NCBI GenBank assembly: GCA_051453625.1
Contig: JBOZIK010000001.1
Span: 32,624,562-32,688,561, forward strand
Direction of reading: 5' to 3'
Length of the DNA: 64,000 nucleotides
From: Welwitschia mirabilis
Taxonomy: Eukaryota
Shown here: positions 52,501-64,000 of the stretch, one piece after another
Position numbering within the stretch: position 1 is the first letter of the stretch
Layout of the letters: the number at the start of each line of letters is the position of its first letter
Program-made: the position numbers and the translations under genes
The notes under the pieces: generated by a model
What the model was told of the DNA's origin: nothing
The model's database searches: none
The model's input: only the letters and a program-made list of their open reading frames with translations

Positions 52501-55500
52501 ATTATTAGTATAATACTTGTTTTTGTATTTTGTTGGACATATATATTGATAATGACTTCTATTATGATAATAATAGCAAACAATATTATTCATAAATGCT
52601 AAATGTTCATACCTTAACTTATAATTCCATTTCTTAATCAAAGACGTTATAGTACTAGTTGTGATTTCATTGTGTCCCAATCCACTCTTATTATTTAAAC
52701 TTCTACATTGCCCAAGCATGATATTTAAGTTCTTCTTTTCTTGAGTAAATTTTCATTGATCTTGTTGAATTTGATAGCTTTTATTTAACATTCTTAAAAT
52801 CACATGTTAGTCTACTAACCTTAGCTTCAAGAAGTGGGTTTTTAGAGGGTAATTTGATGTAAGTATTTTCATGTTTATATGCTTTTTTATGATTATGAAG
52901 TATCTTTTTATTTTTAGTACATAATCTTTGTAAATTATAAAACTCTTTAAAAATTAAACTGTACCTTTGTTAAAGATCCATAACTATGTCATCTTTACTT
53001 TCTAAATTATACTCCTCTTCTGTTTCATCACTTTCTTTTTAAAAGTGTGCAATACATCACTTTCTTTTTAAAAGTATGCAATAGCTATGTAAAAAAGGTG
53101 ATATTTCTTATTATTAGATGTTTATTCTTCTGTTGTCTCTTCATCATCATTACATCCTATAAAAAATGATTTTTCTTATCTTACATTCTATTAGCACTAG
53201 AACATTCCAAGGATATATGTTCTCTTCCTCCACGTATCCAACATTCTGCTTTGGAAACATCAAAAAAAGAAGTATTACTAGAAGGCTTAACTTTGAACTC
53301 ACCTTTGGCTTAAGAACTGAATGGCCTTTTGAAATCATCTCTTCTATTGTACTTGTGTGAAAGTATTCTTTTTACTTTCTTTGTAATAAGTGGTAGTTCC
53401 TAATTTACTTCATCATCAAAGTTATCTTTTTCCTATTTTTCCTTTACCTATTCTTTTAAGTTCTATTTTTTCTTTCACTTGCCTTAAGAGTAATAGGTTT
53501 TTCCTTTTAAGGATTTATCTTGTATGAGATTTATCTTTTAAGCTATAAGAGCACTTTATAGCTCTGTTATCTTCATGGTATTGAAATCTCTTAACTCTAG
53601 CTGTAGTTTTGAACTTATATTTAGGGGTTAGTAATCTAATAATGTTTTGTATTACCTTAATTCTAGAGAGTCTTCTCCAATGCCATGTATTGCATTTATA
53701 ATGTTGAATACTTCCATGAAGTATTCTTAGACTCTTTCTTGATGGTCCCTTTTAAGATTCTCAAACTAGTTTGTCCATACTAGAAGCTTTGATTATTTTA
53801 CAATAGGAGTACCTTCATATATTTCACCTAGAACATTTCAAATTTCTTGTGTCATCTTGTAATAACCCACTATTCTATTGAACTCTTCTATAATTAAAGA
53901 AAAATAAAGTGCATTTTTAGCTTTAGAATCATATATGAAAGTATCTTTCTCTTTATCTTTTCAGTATTTTCTTTACTTGATTTTTGTTATGGTGTTGCCT
54001 GTAGTATCTGTGGTTTCCATGTAATCTTCAAATCCTTCTTATATGNNNNNNNNNNNNNNNNNNNNNNNNNNNNNNNNNNNNNNNNNNNNNNNNNNNNNNN
54101 NNNNNNNNNNNNNNNNNNNNNNNNNNNNNNNNNNNNNNNNNNNNNNNNNNNNNNNNNNNNNNNNNNNNNNNNNNNNNNNNNNNNNNNNNNNNNNNNNNNN
54201 NNNNNNNNNNNNNNNNNNNNNNNNNNNNNNNNNNNNNNNNNNNNNNNNNNNNNNNNNNNNNNNNNNNNNNNNNNNNNNNNNNNNNNNNNNNNNNNNNNNN
54301 NNNNNNNNNNNNNNNNNNNNNNNNNNNNNNNNNNNNNNNNNNNNNNNNNNNNNNNNNNNNNNNNNNNNNNNNNNNNNNNNNNNNNNNNNNNNNNNNNNNN
54401 NNNNNNNNNNNNNNNNNNNNNNNNNNNNNNNNNNNNNNNNNNNNNNNNNNNNNNNNNNNNNNNNNNNNNNNNNNNNNNNNNNNNNNNNNNNNNNNNNNNN
54501 NNNNNNNNNNNNNNNNNNNCGATCTCTTTATCGTACTTAAAAGAATATAAGTACACTTGCATCTTCATCTTCAATAGGCATATTTTATCCCATCGAAGAG
54601 TAGAAGTCTAATGAATGATACCCCTTCCATTGTTCACTCAATGGAGTTACTCATTTTTGTGAGTATCCACTTTAATACCACTTAAGAATCATCGAGCTTA
54701 GATGGAAGAAATGAATGAGTTTCATCAAATAAAAACTTAAATCAATAATAGAATGAAAAAGAATAGCGAAAACACCTTACTAAGATAACATGATTTCCCA
54801 ACTTGGGTACATCCACACATAGAGCATAGCTTTTAATCACATCTCTAAATATTTCTAACATGTAAGAAAATTGTGGTTTTCTAGTGTAACATCAACCTTA
54901 TAATAAGTGAAAATCTTCTCATAAGGAAACAACCTTATAATAAGTGAAAATCTTCTCATAAGGAAACACCTTGTTTATTATAAGGAAATAGTGGTTTTCA
55001 TAAGTGCATCACAAACGCTTCAACAATGAGAGTTTCCTTATAGGGAATTACTTTATTCCCTATAAGGAAACAGTGGTTTTCATAGGTACACCATAAAACT
55101 TTTAACAATGAAACTCTCAAGGAAATAGTAGTTTTCATAGGTGCACCATAAACCCTTTAATAATGAGAGTCACCTTAAAAGGAAACACTCTTTTTTCGTA
55201 GGTAAACAATGGTCTTCTAGCTCATCAATAACCTTACAATAAGTAAGTGTTCATAGGCACTACCTCAAATGCACACCTTTACAAGGTTTACCTTATAAAG
55301 CATTTGATTCAATAATTGACTTATAATAGTATTCAACAATAAGATAGTCCAACAATATAGAGCCAAAAATACAATACAACAATAGCTTGAAAGATGAAGC
55401 TTTGATGAAGACTTGAAATCCTTATTAGTATTGTAGTTATCATGAGTGTAAATGAATGATGTAGTAATGTAAGATCCAAGAGTGAATGATGAATACAATA

Positions 55501-56858
55501 TAAGCTTCTTTGATAATGATCTCTTTGATTATTTATGAGAAGTTCCTTTTACTCATGAAATCTTTATTCTATGCTTGATCTAATTATTGTATGCTAAAAG
55601 TTCAAGAGCTATATATTTGTTAAGGTAATAAGAGATCCGTATTCGTTGAAGTTCTAAGCACTTTCACATGTTTCATCATATCAAGCCTTTATACGACTAA
55701 AGAGGATCTGGCCATTTGAGCTTGAAAGATAGCCATTTAACTTTGTAACCATCATGCAATGGATAGCTAATATTTGGACATGGAGCATGTATGTTTGATT
55801 TTTATCAACATGAACTTTGGTTCATGACATCTTCCCATTTGTAGACATCTACTANNNNNNNNNNNNNNNNNNNNNNNNNNNNNNNNNNNNNNNNNNNNNN
55901 NNNNNNNNNNNNNNNNNNNNNNNNNNNNNNNNNNNNNNNNNNNNNNNNNNNNNNNNNNNNNNNNNNNNNNNNNNNNNNNNNNNNNNNNNNNNNNNNNNNN
56001 NNNNNNNNNNNNNNNNNNNNNNNNNNNNNNNNNNNNNNNNNNNNNNNNNNNNNNNNNNNNNNNNNNNNNNNNNNNNNNNNNNNNNNNNNNNNNNNNNNNN
56101 NNNNNNNNNNNNNNNNNNNNNNNNNNNNNNNNNNNNNNNNNNNNNNNNNNNNNNNNNNNNNNNNNNNNNNNNNNNNNNNNNNNNNNNNNNNNNNNNNNNN
56201 NNNNNNNNNNNNNNNNNNNNNNNNNNNNNNNNNNNNNNNNNNNNNNNNNNNNNNNNNNNNNNNNNNNNNNNNNNNNNNNNNNNNNNNNNNNNNNNNNNNN
56301 NNNNNNNNNNNNNNNNNNNNNNNNNNNNNNNNNNNNNNNNNNNNNNNNNNNNNNNNNNNNNNNNNNNNNNNNNNNNNNNNNNNNNNNNNNNNNNNNNNNN
56401 NNNNNNNNNNNNNNNNNNNNNNNNNNNNNNNNNNNNNNNNNNNNNNNNNNNNNNNNNNNNNNNNNNNNNNNNNNNNNNNNNNNNNNNNNNNNNNNNNNNN
56501 NNNNNNNNNNNNNNNNNNNNNNNNNNNNNNNNNNNNNNNNNNNNNNNNNNNNNNNNNNNNNNNNNNNNNNNNNNNNNNNNNNNNNNNNNNNNNNNNNNNN
56601 NNNNNNNNNNNNNNNNNNNNNNNNNNNNNNNNNNNNNNNNNNNNNNNNNNNNNNNNNNNNNNNNNNNNNNNNNNNNNNNNNNNNNNNNNNNNNNNNNNNN
56701 NNNNNNNNNNNNNNNNNNNNNNNNNNNTTTTGTAAGATATCATCTTTGAAGATCTATCATCATCTTATGCTTATCAAGGTCTGACAACCTTTGTAATGAT
56801 TTGTCTATATAATGATACAAAATATTTGAAAGTGGAATCATTAAAGCTATATTTACCA
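46510..56858 (-). mobile_element. Sirevirus-like copia element with two LTRs, gag and protease, no visible INT/RT/RH, and an extra ORF
   Basis: LTRs at about 46510-48622 and 54683-56858 are colinear. Decayed PBS actttaatacca (54669-54680) and PPT (48623-48636). Gag MEGVSFIRLLLFDGIKYAY*KMKM, a CCHC remnant, NKSGLGH, protease ECSRHMMGD (~52340) and REFYAN (~50845). Confidence 0.85.
46690..47500. repeat. ~63-bp tandem repeats inside the Sirevirus-like LTR (also 54865-55210)
   Basis: Unit approximately aaggaaatagtggttttcataggtgcatcacaaacccttcaataatgagagtctccttacaaggaaacactct. Confidence 0.85.
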
Positions 56859-59207
56859 AAAATTATTAAACTCACTAGTTTTAAAATTTGATTACACTTA
56901 TAACTCAATCTTGACTTAGTGATAAAACCTAAGTAGATCCTACTACTGTGCCTCTAGCCTTCACTCAATATACCCTTGATTACTAAGGCATACATGGTAA
57001 TCTAAACCTTAGGATATTCAGGACATTTTTGCTTAATAGAAACATGGTTTTTCATATGATTCAAACTTCATAGTTAAGGTAGTTAAGACTACACAAGAAA
57101 CTCATTGGACAGTATAGCCTAACACAGATCTATATTTATGTAAGGCTCCTTATGCCCACCACCAACTAAGTCTTATTACTAGTGAAAAATGTGATGTGTT
57201 TAGGGGAAAGAGATGATTTTTAATTTTAAATCTTAATTACAAGAAATTAAATTTTAAATATGATAAAAAGTAGAGAAAACCACTAAAAAACACACTGAAG
57301 CATGCACAAGAACAGGGATTGACTTAGTATAGTTAAGCTAAGTAAATCTTACTTAACATTCTAGACTTAGCTTAATCTATCCAAATCACAAAAAATTCTA
57401 AGTAAGAGGAAAAAAATCAAGTAAAGTAGATCTTACTCCATACTTTAAGCTCATTATAATAAGGAAAAAAACAAGGTTAAGTGCTTACAATTAGTTAAAA
57501 TATGTCCAAAAAACCTTTAAAAAGATTAAAATTGATTAAAAGACTAAGTTAGAGTTTTAAAGTGTAAAAAATACCTAAAAAACTTAAAAAAAATTGAAAA
57601 ATAGCTTAAAAAAAGCTACAAGTTAATTATGTGTTAAAAGAGAAAAAGAGCTAACACAAAGTTTAAAAAAAAAGGTAATTTTACCTCCATTGGGAATCAA
57701 ACTTCACACATCCCCTTCATAAGGAAATAACTTCATCATTACACCAACATCATATTAATGATAGTATATATTATAGAAATGATAATTAAAATTTCTTAAA
57801 ATTTAGTAGTTTTAGACAAGTGGCACAACTGGGTTGATAGAAAAAGTGTTAGACATTATGGACATTAATAAAACTATGAAAAAGAATGGGTCCAATTAGG
57901 ATGAGTATTCAACCTTAAGTTACAAGAGGAAAAGTGGAATAAGCTTGTGTTTTTTTAGGGAAGTGCATATTCATTTAATCCAAAATATCTATTGCATACA
58001 TTTGTAGAAAGTTGGGGAGTCTAGCATTAATAGCAAACAAAAAGCATAGGAGAGATACTAACATAAGAAAAGATGCTCATGAGAGTGGTTTAAACCAAGA
58101 ACACGATTTAAACATGAACAATGATTAGAAGTGACATGCTTGATTAGATAGCAGAATGTGAAAGCTCATCAGTAGCAGTTGAATGATACACTATCTAGTA
58201 AAATGAGGATATTATAAAAGAAAAAATGTAAGCATGCAAGAACATAGCAGAGAACTACATACAATAATGTAGTAGAGTAATGCGAATAAGGACATGATAT
58301 GGAACCCTTGCAAAGATTCATAGGTAAGGACACAACATGAATAATTTGGCTAGCATAGCTTTCACATTAACTTGCATACTTATTATGGCAGCTATAGCTA
58401 AATTATCATCATTAAGAGTAGAAGAGCTAAGGCAGAAGACATAAATAGTAAGAGAAGTAAAGCTTAAATAGATCAATAAGAGAAGCATGGATGCATGCAC
58501 ATAGAGCATCGATAGTAGGGGTAAGTACAGTTGGCAGTAGCAAGAGTAGAGTAAGTGCACAAGTGAGCATGACATAGATCAATGTAAGGGCAAACACAAT
58601 TGAATGGATGCAAGCAATTTAGACATCTACAAGTTCAAAGAGAAGGAAAATTAAGATGGTCTTGACTTCTACATAGATACTTTAGATGATTGAAGAGTTA
58701 ACATGTGAACATAAATAATGTTCAAAATAGCTTAAAAAAATGAATATCAAATATGTTAAGGTAAAACAATGGCATGTGGTATTCTGCTTTTCTTTACTCA
58801 AATCTTCTAAAAAAAGTAACATAAAAAAATATAGAATCTTAATCAAAGAGTAGGGTTATTGCTAACACAACCAAAAAAAAACTATAAAATAAGAGTAGAT
58901 TTAAAAATAATCAAACATGTAAAGGAATTAAAAAGCATAAAAGGGGTAATAAAAATCACTCCTAAGAAAAATGGAGGCATGAAAAATCTTGATTTAATAA
59001 ACAGATCTCATAGGCATGTAAAGAGCTAGTGTTAAATGCAAAAGAAAACTTTCAATACCAGAGGGGAAAAAAACTCTAAATAAAAATATGCATACAAGCT
59101 CTTCAAGATTAAGAGAAAGAAAGATGGAAATCATAAGAAGCTCAAAGAATATCAATAATGGCCAAGAAACTCTAAGAGCCTCAGGAGTCCTAGCCTGAGA
59201 GCTCTAA

Positions 59208-59373
59208 TACTAGGAAACAACAGAGTTCAAGAATGAAGACGTAATATTTTCCAATTATTAATTTTGTTTCTCTTCTTTTATTTCAATAAATAGCTTACTT
59301 ATATAGATAAGCACACCACTAGGATTTTCATGAATTCCTAGGTATGAAACCGTGATGCATACAAGTATTAACA
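59208..59373 (-). mobile_element. Short LTR homologous to 39902-40068; candidate 5' LTR of the copia element
   Basis: Colinear: t.ctaggaaa.aa.agag.tcaagaatg...cacaccacta..attttcat.aat.ccta...atgaaacc.tg.tg..tacaagt.ttaa.a. Preceded by a partial PBS-like gagctctaa. Confidence 0.75.
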
Positions 59374-59382
59374 ATAGATAAC

Positions 59383-60727
59383 TATGAAGTCAGACTTATG
59401 GAGAGGTAAGAAGTACATCTAATCTTTATGACTAAGTGAAACATCAGACTTCAATTGTGATGTCAAACTTTGATGACCATGTGCAATGTCAAACTTTAGT
59501 TGAAAAACTATGAAATCAAACTTTTGTCAATCGAGTGTAATATTAGATTATTAAACTTTTGTGATTAAGTGTGATGTTAAACTTTGATGGGTCAAGTGTA
59601 ATGTCGAGCCTTTATCAGTCAAGTATGATATCAAACTTCAACTATGATGTTAGACTTGAGTGCCCAAGTATGATGTTAAACTTTGGTTGATCAAGTGCAA
59701 CATCAAGATTTTATTGATTAAGTAGGATGTTAGACTCTAACTACAATGTCAGACTTTAGTGAGAAAGTGTAATGTTAGAATTTAGTTTTCCACATGTAAC
59801 ATTAGGTTTCTATCAATGAAGTGTAATGTCATGGATTTCAATTGCGATGCAAGACTTCAATGACCAAGTATAACATCATAGTTTAGTTGGTCAAGTATGA
59901 TGTTAATTTTCTATCACCCAAGTATAATGTTAAATTTCAATTATAACATTAGACTTTAGTAAGCAAGTATGACATTAGATCTTAGCAGATTAAATACAAT
60001 GTTGAGCCTTTAATAGAACAAGTGTAATGTTAGATATATAGGATTTAAGCATGACATCTAGCTTCTAATAAGGCAAGTATAATGTTATGCCTCTAGGAGT
60101 TAAGTGTAACATTAGGATTCTAGTAGAATATCATATCTTCCAAAATCAAGTGTGACATCAGGCTTCCAGTGGAATAAGTGCAGTGTCAATCCTCTAGGGA
60201 TTAAGTGTGATATTAGGATTTTAGTAGTCAAGTGTGATGTCAGGTATCTAGTAGGACAAGTGGGATATTAAGCATCTAATGAGATAAATGTGACATCAGG
60301 TTTCTAGAGTTCAGTACAACATTATGCCTCCAATAGTTAAGTATGACTTTAAGCTTCTGGCAATCAAGTATGACATCAGGCTTCTAATAGGACAAGTGTG
60401 ATGTTAGGCCTCCTATGAGACATATACAATGTAAGGCCGTTAGGGATTAAGTAACATGTTAGGCTTTCAACTAAACAAGTGTAATATTAGGCCTTTTTGT
60501 AGCAACTATGACATTAAAGGTGGATCCTATGACTATGACATTAAACCTATAAACCAAATGTGATATTAGTTATGAGATCCATGAATTTGACATCGGACTT
60601 GTGAGGCAAGTGTAATGTTGGATGTGGGGCCTATGACTATAATAATAGACATGTGAGATAAGTGTAAAATTAGATTTGGTATCCATTACTTTAAAATTAG
60701 ACCTATAAACAAAGTGCGTATCAAGTT
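59383..60727. repeat. Array of about 50 degenerate palindromic units, ~27 bp period
   Basis: Core aagtgtgatgtcagactt and variants, counted by eye. Confidence 0.9.
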
Positions 60728-63591
60728 TACTTAACTATAGTTAGCATAGGCTCTTTACCTTAGGTTAATTAGACTATGGTTAGGTTTATTACTAAAGTTG
60801 AATTGTCAGTTAAACTCTAGGTCTTTTTGTTATAAATAGGCATTAATCTCTTCATTTATTTTTTTTATATTTTTCTTTTAAATGTGAAGTAGTCTAACCC
60901 CATTATTCTTCTAGGTATTTTTCTATTTTATTTATTTTTCTCTTTTTATTAAATCTCCTTTTCATTATCTTCGATGACCCTTTTCTTGATAGGTTCCTTC
61001 TCATATAAGTGATCTTACGAATAATTTTTTCTTGTAGAAGCTTCCTTTGCATTTTACCCTTTCTTCATTAGCTTCTTTCTCTATTACTTAAGGTATGACC
61101 TAGTGTCTTTTTCCTCATCTTTCTCATAATTCCACTAATGTTCATTCTGCTAAAATAGAGATTCAAGAGAGGACTTTCCAATCAGATTTTTCTTGGATAT
61201 TTTCTTTGAACTTAATTAATCTTTGTTGTTTTTTTTCCTTTCTTCTTTGACATTCTACCATCCTATATAACTTATATTATTTGTATACTTCTTTTAAGCT
61301 TTAAAACAATATTATTCTACATCTTATACATAACCCATTATTATCTCAGAGGAGAGTATTCATTTGACCTTTAGTTTGAGTAGTGAAGTATCATTCCCTT
61401 TAAGGTAACTCATTTTAATTATAACTTTAGGGATATCTTACTTAATTAATTAGATGACTTTATTTTTTAGGAGATATAGATACCCATAGTCATGGTGTTA
61501 CTACCACAAATTCTATAAATCCTCATTATACTATTTGTGGACAGTTGATTGATTATCAAGTTTTCCTTCATGATTGTTCTAGTGAAATCCCTCATTATGT
61601 CATATATTTTATCTCTTTCATTTTTAGGGGTGTTCCTTTTGATTAGGCCTTTGTTATTTACTCTTATACATTAGCCCAACTTATTTGTCTTAAAAGAGGT
61701 AGAGTCAAGGAAAAGTACCTTTATGAGCATGTGCTTTTAGAACTGTACTTTGTAAATACTAGGCTTGGGAGTTTATGGACATTTTATTATCTTTTAGTTA
61801 ATTTCTTATTTTTGTTTCTCCCCAAAAATTATACCTTATTGGCCCTTACATCACTCACTCTTTTAATGCAGTGGAGGGAGAAGGTTCTAGTTTATGTAAT
61901 TTTAGGAATTTTTTTAAGAGCACTTTCATTGTTTTATTTAAAGTAGAAATTTGAGTTACTTATTTTTTTTAATGATAATATAACATTAGTTGAGATCTTG
62001 TTTATATATAATGTATAGATGAATAAAGCTACTATTGCTAGTTCTTGGAATTCCTTATACCATCATAAGGCTAAAGAATTGATGCATCCAATCCCTTGCA
62101 AGGTGAATGGAAGATCCACTTCTTAGCTTTTATTATTAAAAATCGGACTCATGGAATGCATTTTTATCTTTTATTAATTTTTTATTTTTTTTGCCTTTTT
62201 TAAATTTTAATAAGAATTTAGTATTTTTAAATTCTTATTTTATAGGGTTCAGAGACTCTACCTTTAATAGATGAAAAGGACGTAGGTCATTATGATGAGT
62301 GGTTTTATATTATTATTTTTCTTTATGTTCTCCTAGTTTCTTTTGAACTTAGACATAGATCATGATAATGATCTTTTACATTTTGATAAACTACAATCCT
62401 AGGGAAACATGTCTTATTCCATCACCTATTTTCCTTTTTCTATGTTATTCACTTATTATGAAATAGAATCCACTGTCTTTTCCTTATCCTTCTCCTACAC
62501 TTAGCAGTATTCCTAATAAGGCAAATAAATCAAATACTCTTGGTGCTAGAATTCCTCACTCCATGGGTCAAGGAACTGCTTGATTAAATTGGAAAGTTTT
62601 AGATTCTTAGGCATATTCTTCATACTTAGATGACTCACTACTTATGATTAGATGATGTTTATTCATTTCATCACTCTCATGTTTCCAATTTTTCTCATGA
62701 CTATGAGTAAAGTAATAGAGTTTTTTTCACTATTTATTATACTCCTTAGTAAGAATGACCATAGTAGGTAAAGGATTTTTATAATTTAATTATGTATGAT
62801 AGAATCTTTTTATTGCATAACCCTTCTTAAGCTAGAGTAGTAGGAGACTGCAAATGCTACTATATACATGCTTGAAGTAATGTTGCTTTCTTTATATTTA
62901 TTTAAATCCATTATCTTCTCATTTTATTACTAGTCCTCCTTTTTGTTATAGAATGAAGTGGAGAGTTTATGCCTTTTCAAGAAGAAGTCTAGGGTGGATG
63001 CTTATTGATTAGGGGCTTTATAAGCTTAGCGTACCCAACTTTCTATGTGAGTAACAAAGTGTGTAAATGGTTCAGACTTGTTTCGATCTACTATCTATTG
63101 CTATAGATGATATTATAGCCATATATCATGGTGGTAAATTATGTCAGAAGCATATACTTGATACTTTCATGGATTATAGTAAATTTTACATAAATTTATA
63201 CCAAATCCTATTCTTATTTCTTTTGAGTTTGCTAAGGCATCATCATCTTTGAATTTTGTGGATTAGGCCATTTTTCTTCCTCCTTCGACTCCTATGGTCA
63301 GTGCTAGATTAATTAATGTAGAATAGACTATCAAGCCTATGAAAGGCTAGGAGCCTCCTTATGTTTGACAGATGTTTTTTCTTCTTTCAAAAATACCTAA
63401 TTTTTAATTTTTTTCTCTATTACTTTATAGATATCTACTTTTAAACATCTTGAAATTTTTTATCATATAGTTTAATTTTTGTATTGAATTTGCATAATAA
63501 GGAATTGTGTGCCTTTGTTTCTCATATTCTTTCTATTTTCTATGGATTTGAAAGATATTAATTTACTACCTGTCTTACCTTTGATACTAAT

Positions 63592-63852
63592 TATAATGTT
63601 CCACATTATAGAATTAAAGTTAAACTTCCATTTTAATAAAGAATGTTAGAGACAACATGATAAGGAACTTGATAACATGTTAATTGGATATAAAATGAAA
63701 AATATCCCTTTATTAATCTAGTAGCAGACTGTAATATAATGATATTGCCTTCTATGCCATGTTCTAATCATAGAATAGTGGTTAAAGATAAAGACATGAA
63801 CTATGACCTTAGCCCCCCTCTGGAGGATCTTGAAAATCATTTTCTAATTTCA
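63592..63852 (-). mobile_element. Chromovirus 5' LTR with adjacent tRNA-Met PBS remnant (63578-63589)
   Basis: Colinear with 29242-29509 and 34721-34919. It is preceded by cctttgatacta (decayed gctctgatacca), ends in CA, and has no PPT beside it. Confidence 0.8.
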
Positions 63853-64000
63853 CTAAACCTTAAATCCTTTAAAAGATAATGTACTTTATAAGTTTAAGAA
63901 CTCTTACATTCAAAAAAATCTTCATTAAAATCCTCTTATTCAACTTTTAATCTTGTAATTTTCTACACCTACATTCTTTGTTTTGATTATTGAGCATCTT

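Noticed and set aside
329..56749. Long ORFs in the supplied track consisting mostly of X
   Set aside because: They are artefacts of reading through N-gaps.
59383..60727. CRISPR-like repeat-spacer array
   Set aside because: The context is plant nuclear DNA, the repeats are degenerate, the linkers are only a few to ~12 nt and are themselves periodic, and there are no cas genes.
29251..63857. Apparent CTAAA target-site duplication joining the LTRs at 29.2 kb and 63.8 kb
   Set aside because: Alignment with the 63592 copy shows that the left CTAAA lies inside the LTR. The true flanks (catat and ctaaa) do not match.

Overview
AT-rich, gap-riddled eukaryotic (land-plant) nuclear DNA. It holds one intact protein-coding gene: a 10-exon CCS52/FZR/CDH1-type APC/C activator on the minus strand (13087-16457, 506 aa by my splice model), with C-box, CSM, WD40 propeller, RVL motif, IR tail and one GC-AG intron. 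Nearly everything else is heavily C-to-T decayed retrotransposon sequence: an Athila-like Ty3/gypsy remnant, several L1-type LINE pieces, two copies of a chromovirus, a ~4 kb solo LTR, a Ty1/copia element and a pol-deleted Sirevirus-like element. From about 34.7 kb to 63.9 kb these appear to form a three-level nest. The most unusual non-genic structure is an array of about 50 copies of a decayed CpG palindrome (59.4-60.7 kb) with changing higher-order periodicity. Many duplications flanking N-gaps look like assembly artefacts. I found no RNA genes and no CRISPR array, and I cannot support a clearly new biological system. All calls were made by eye, without database searches.
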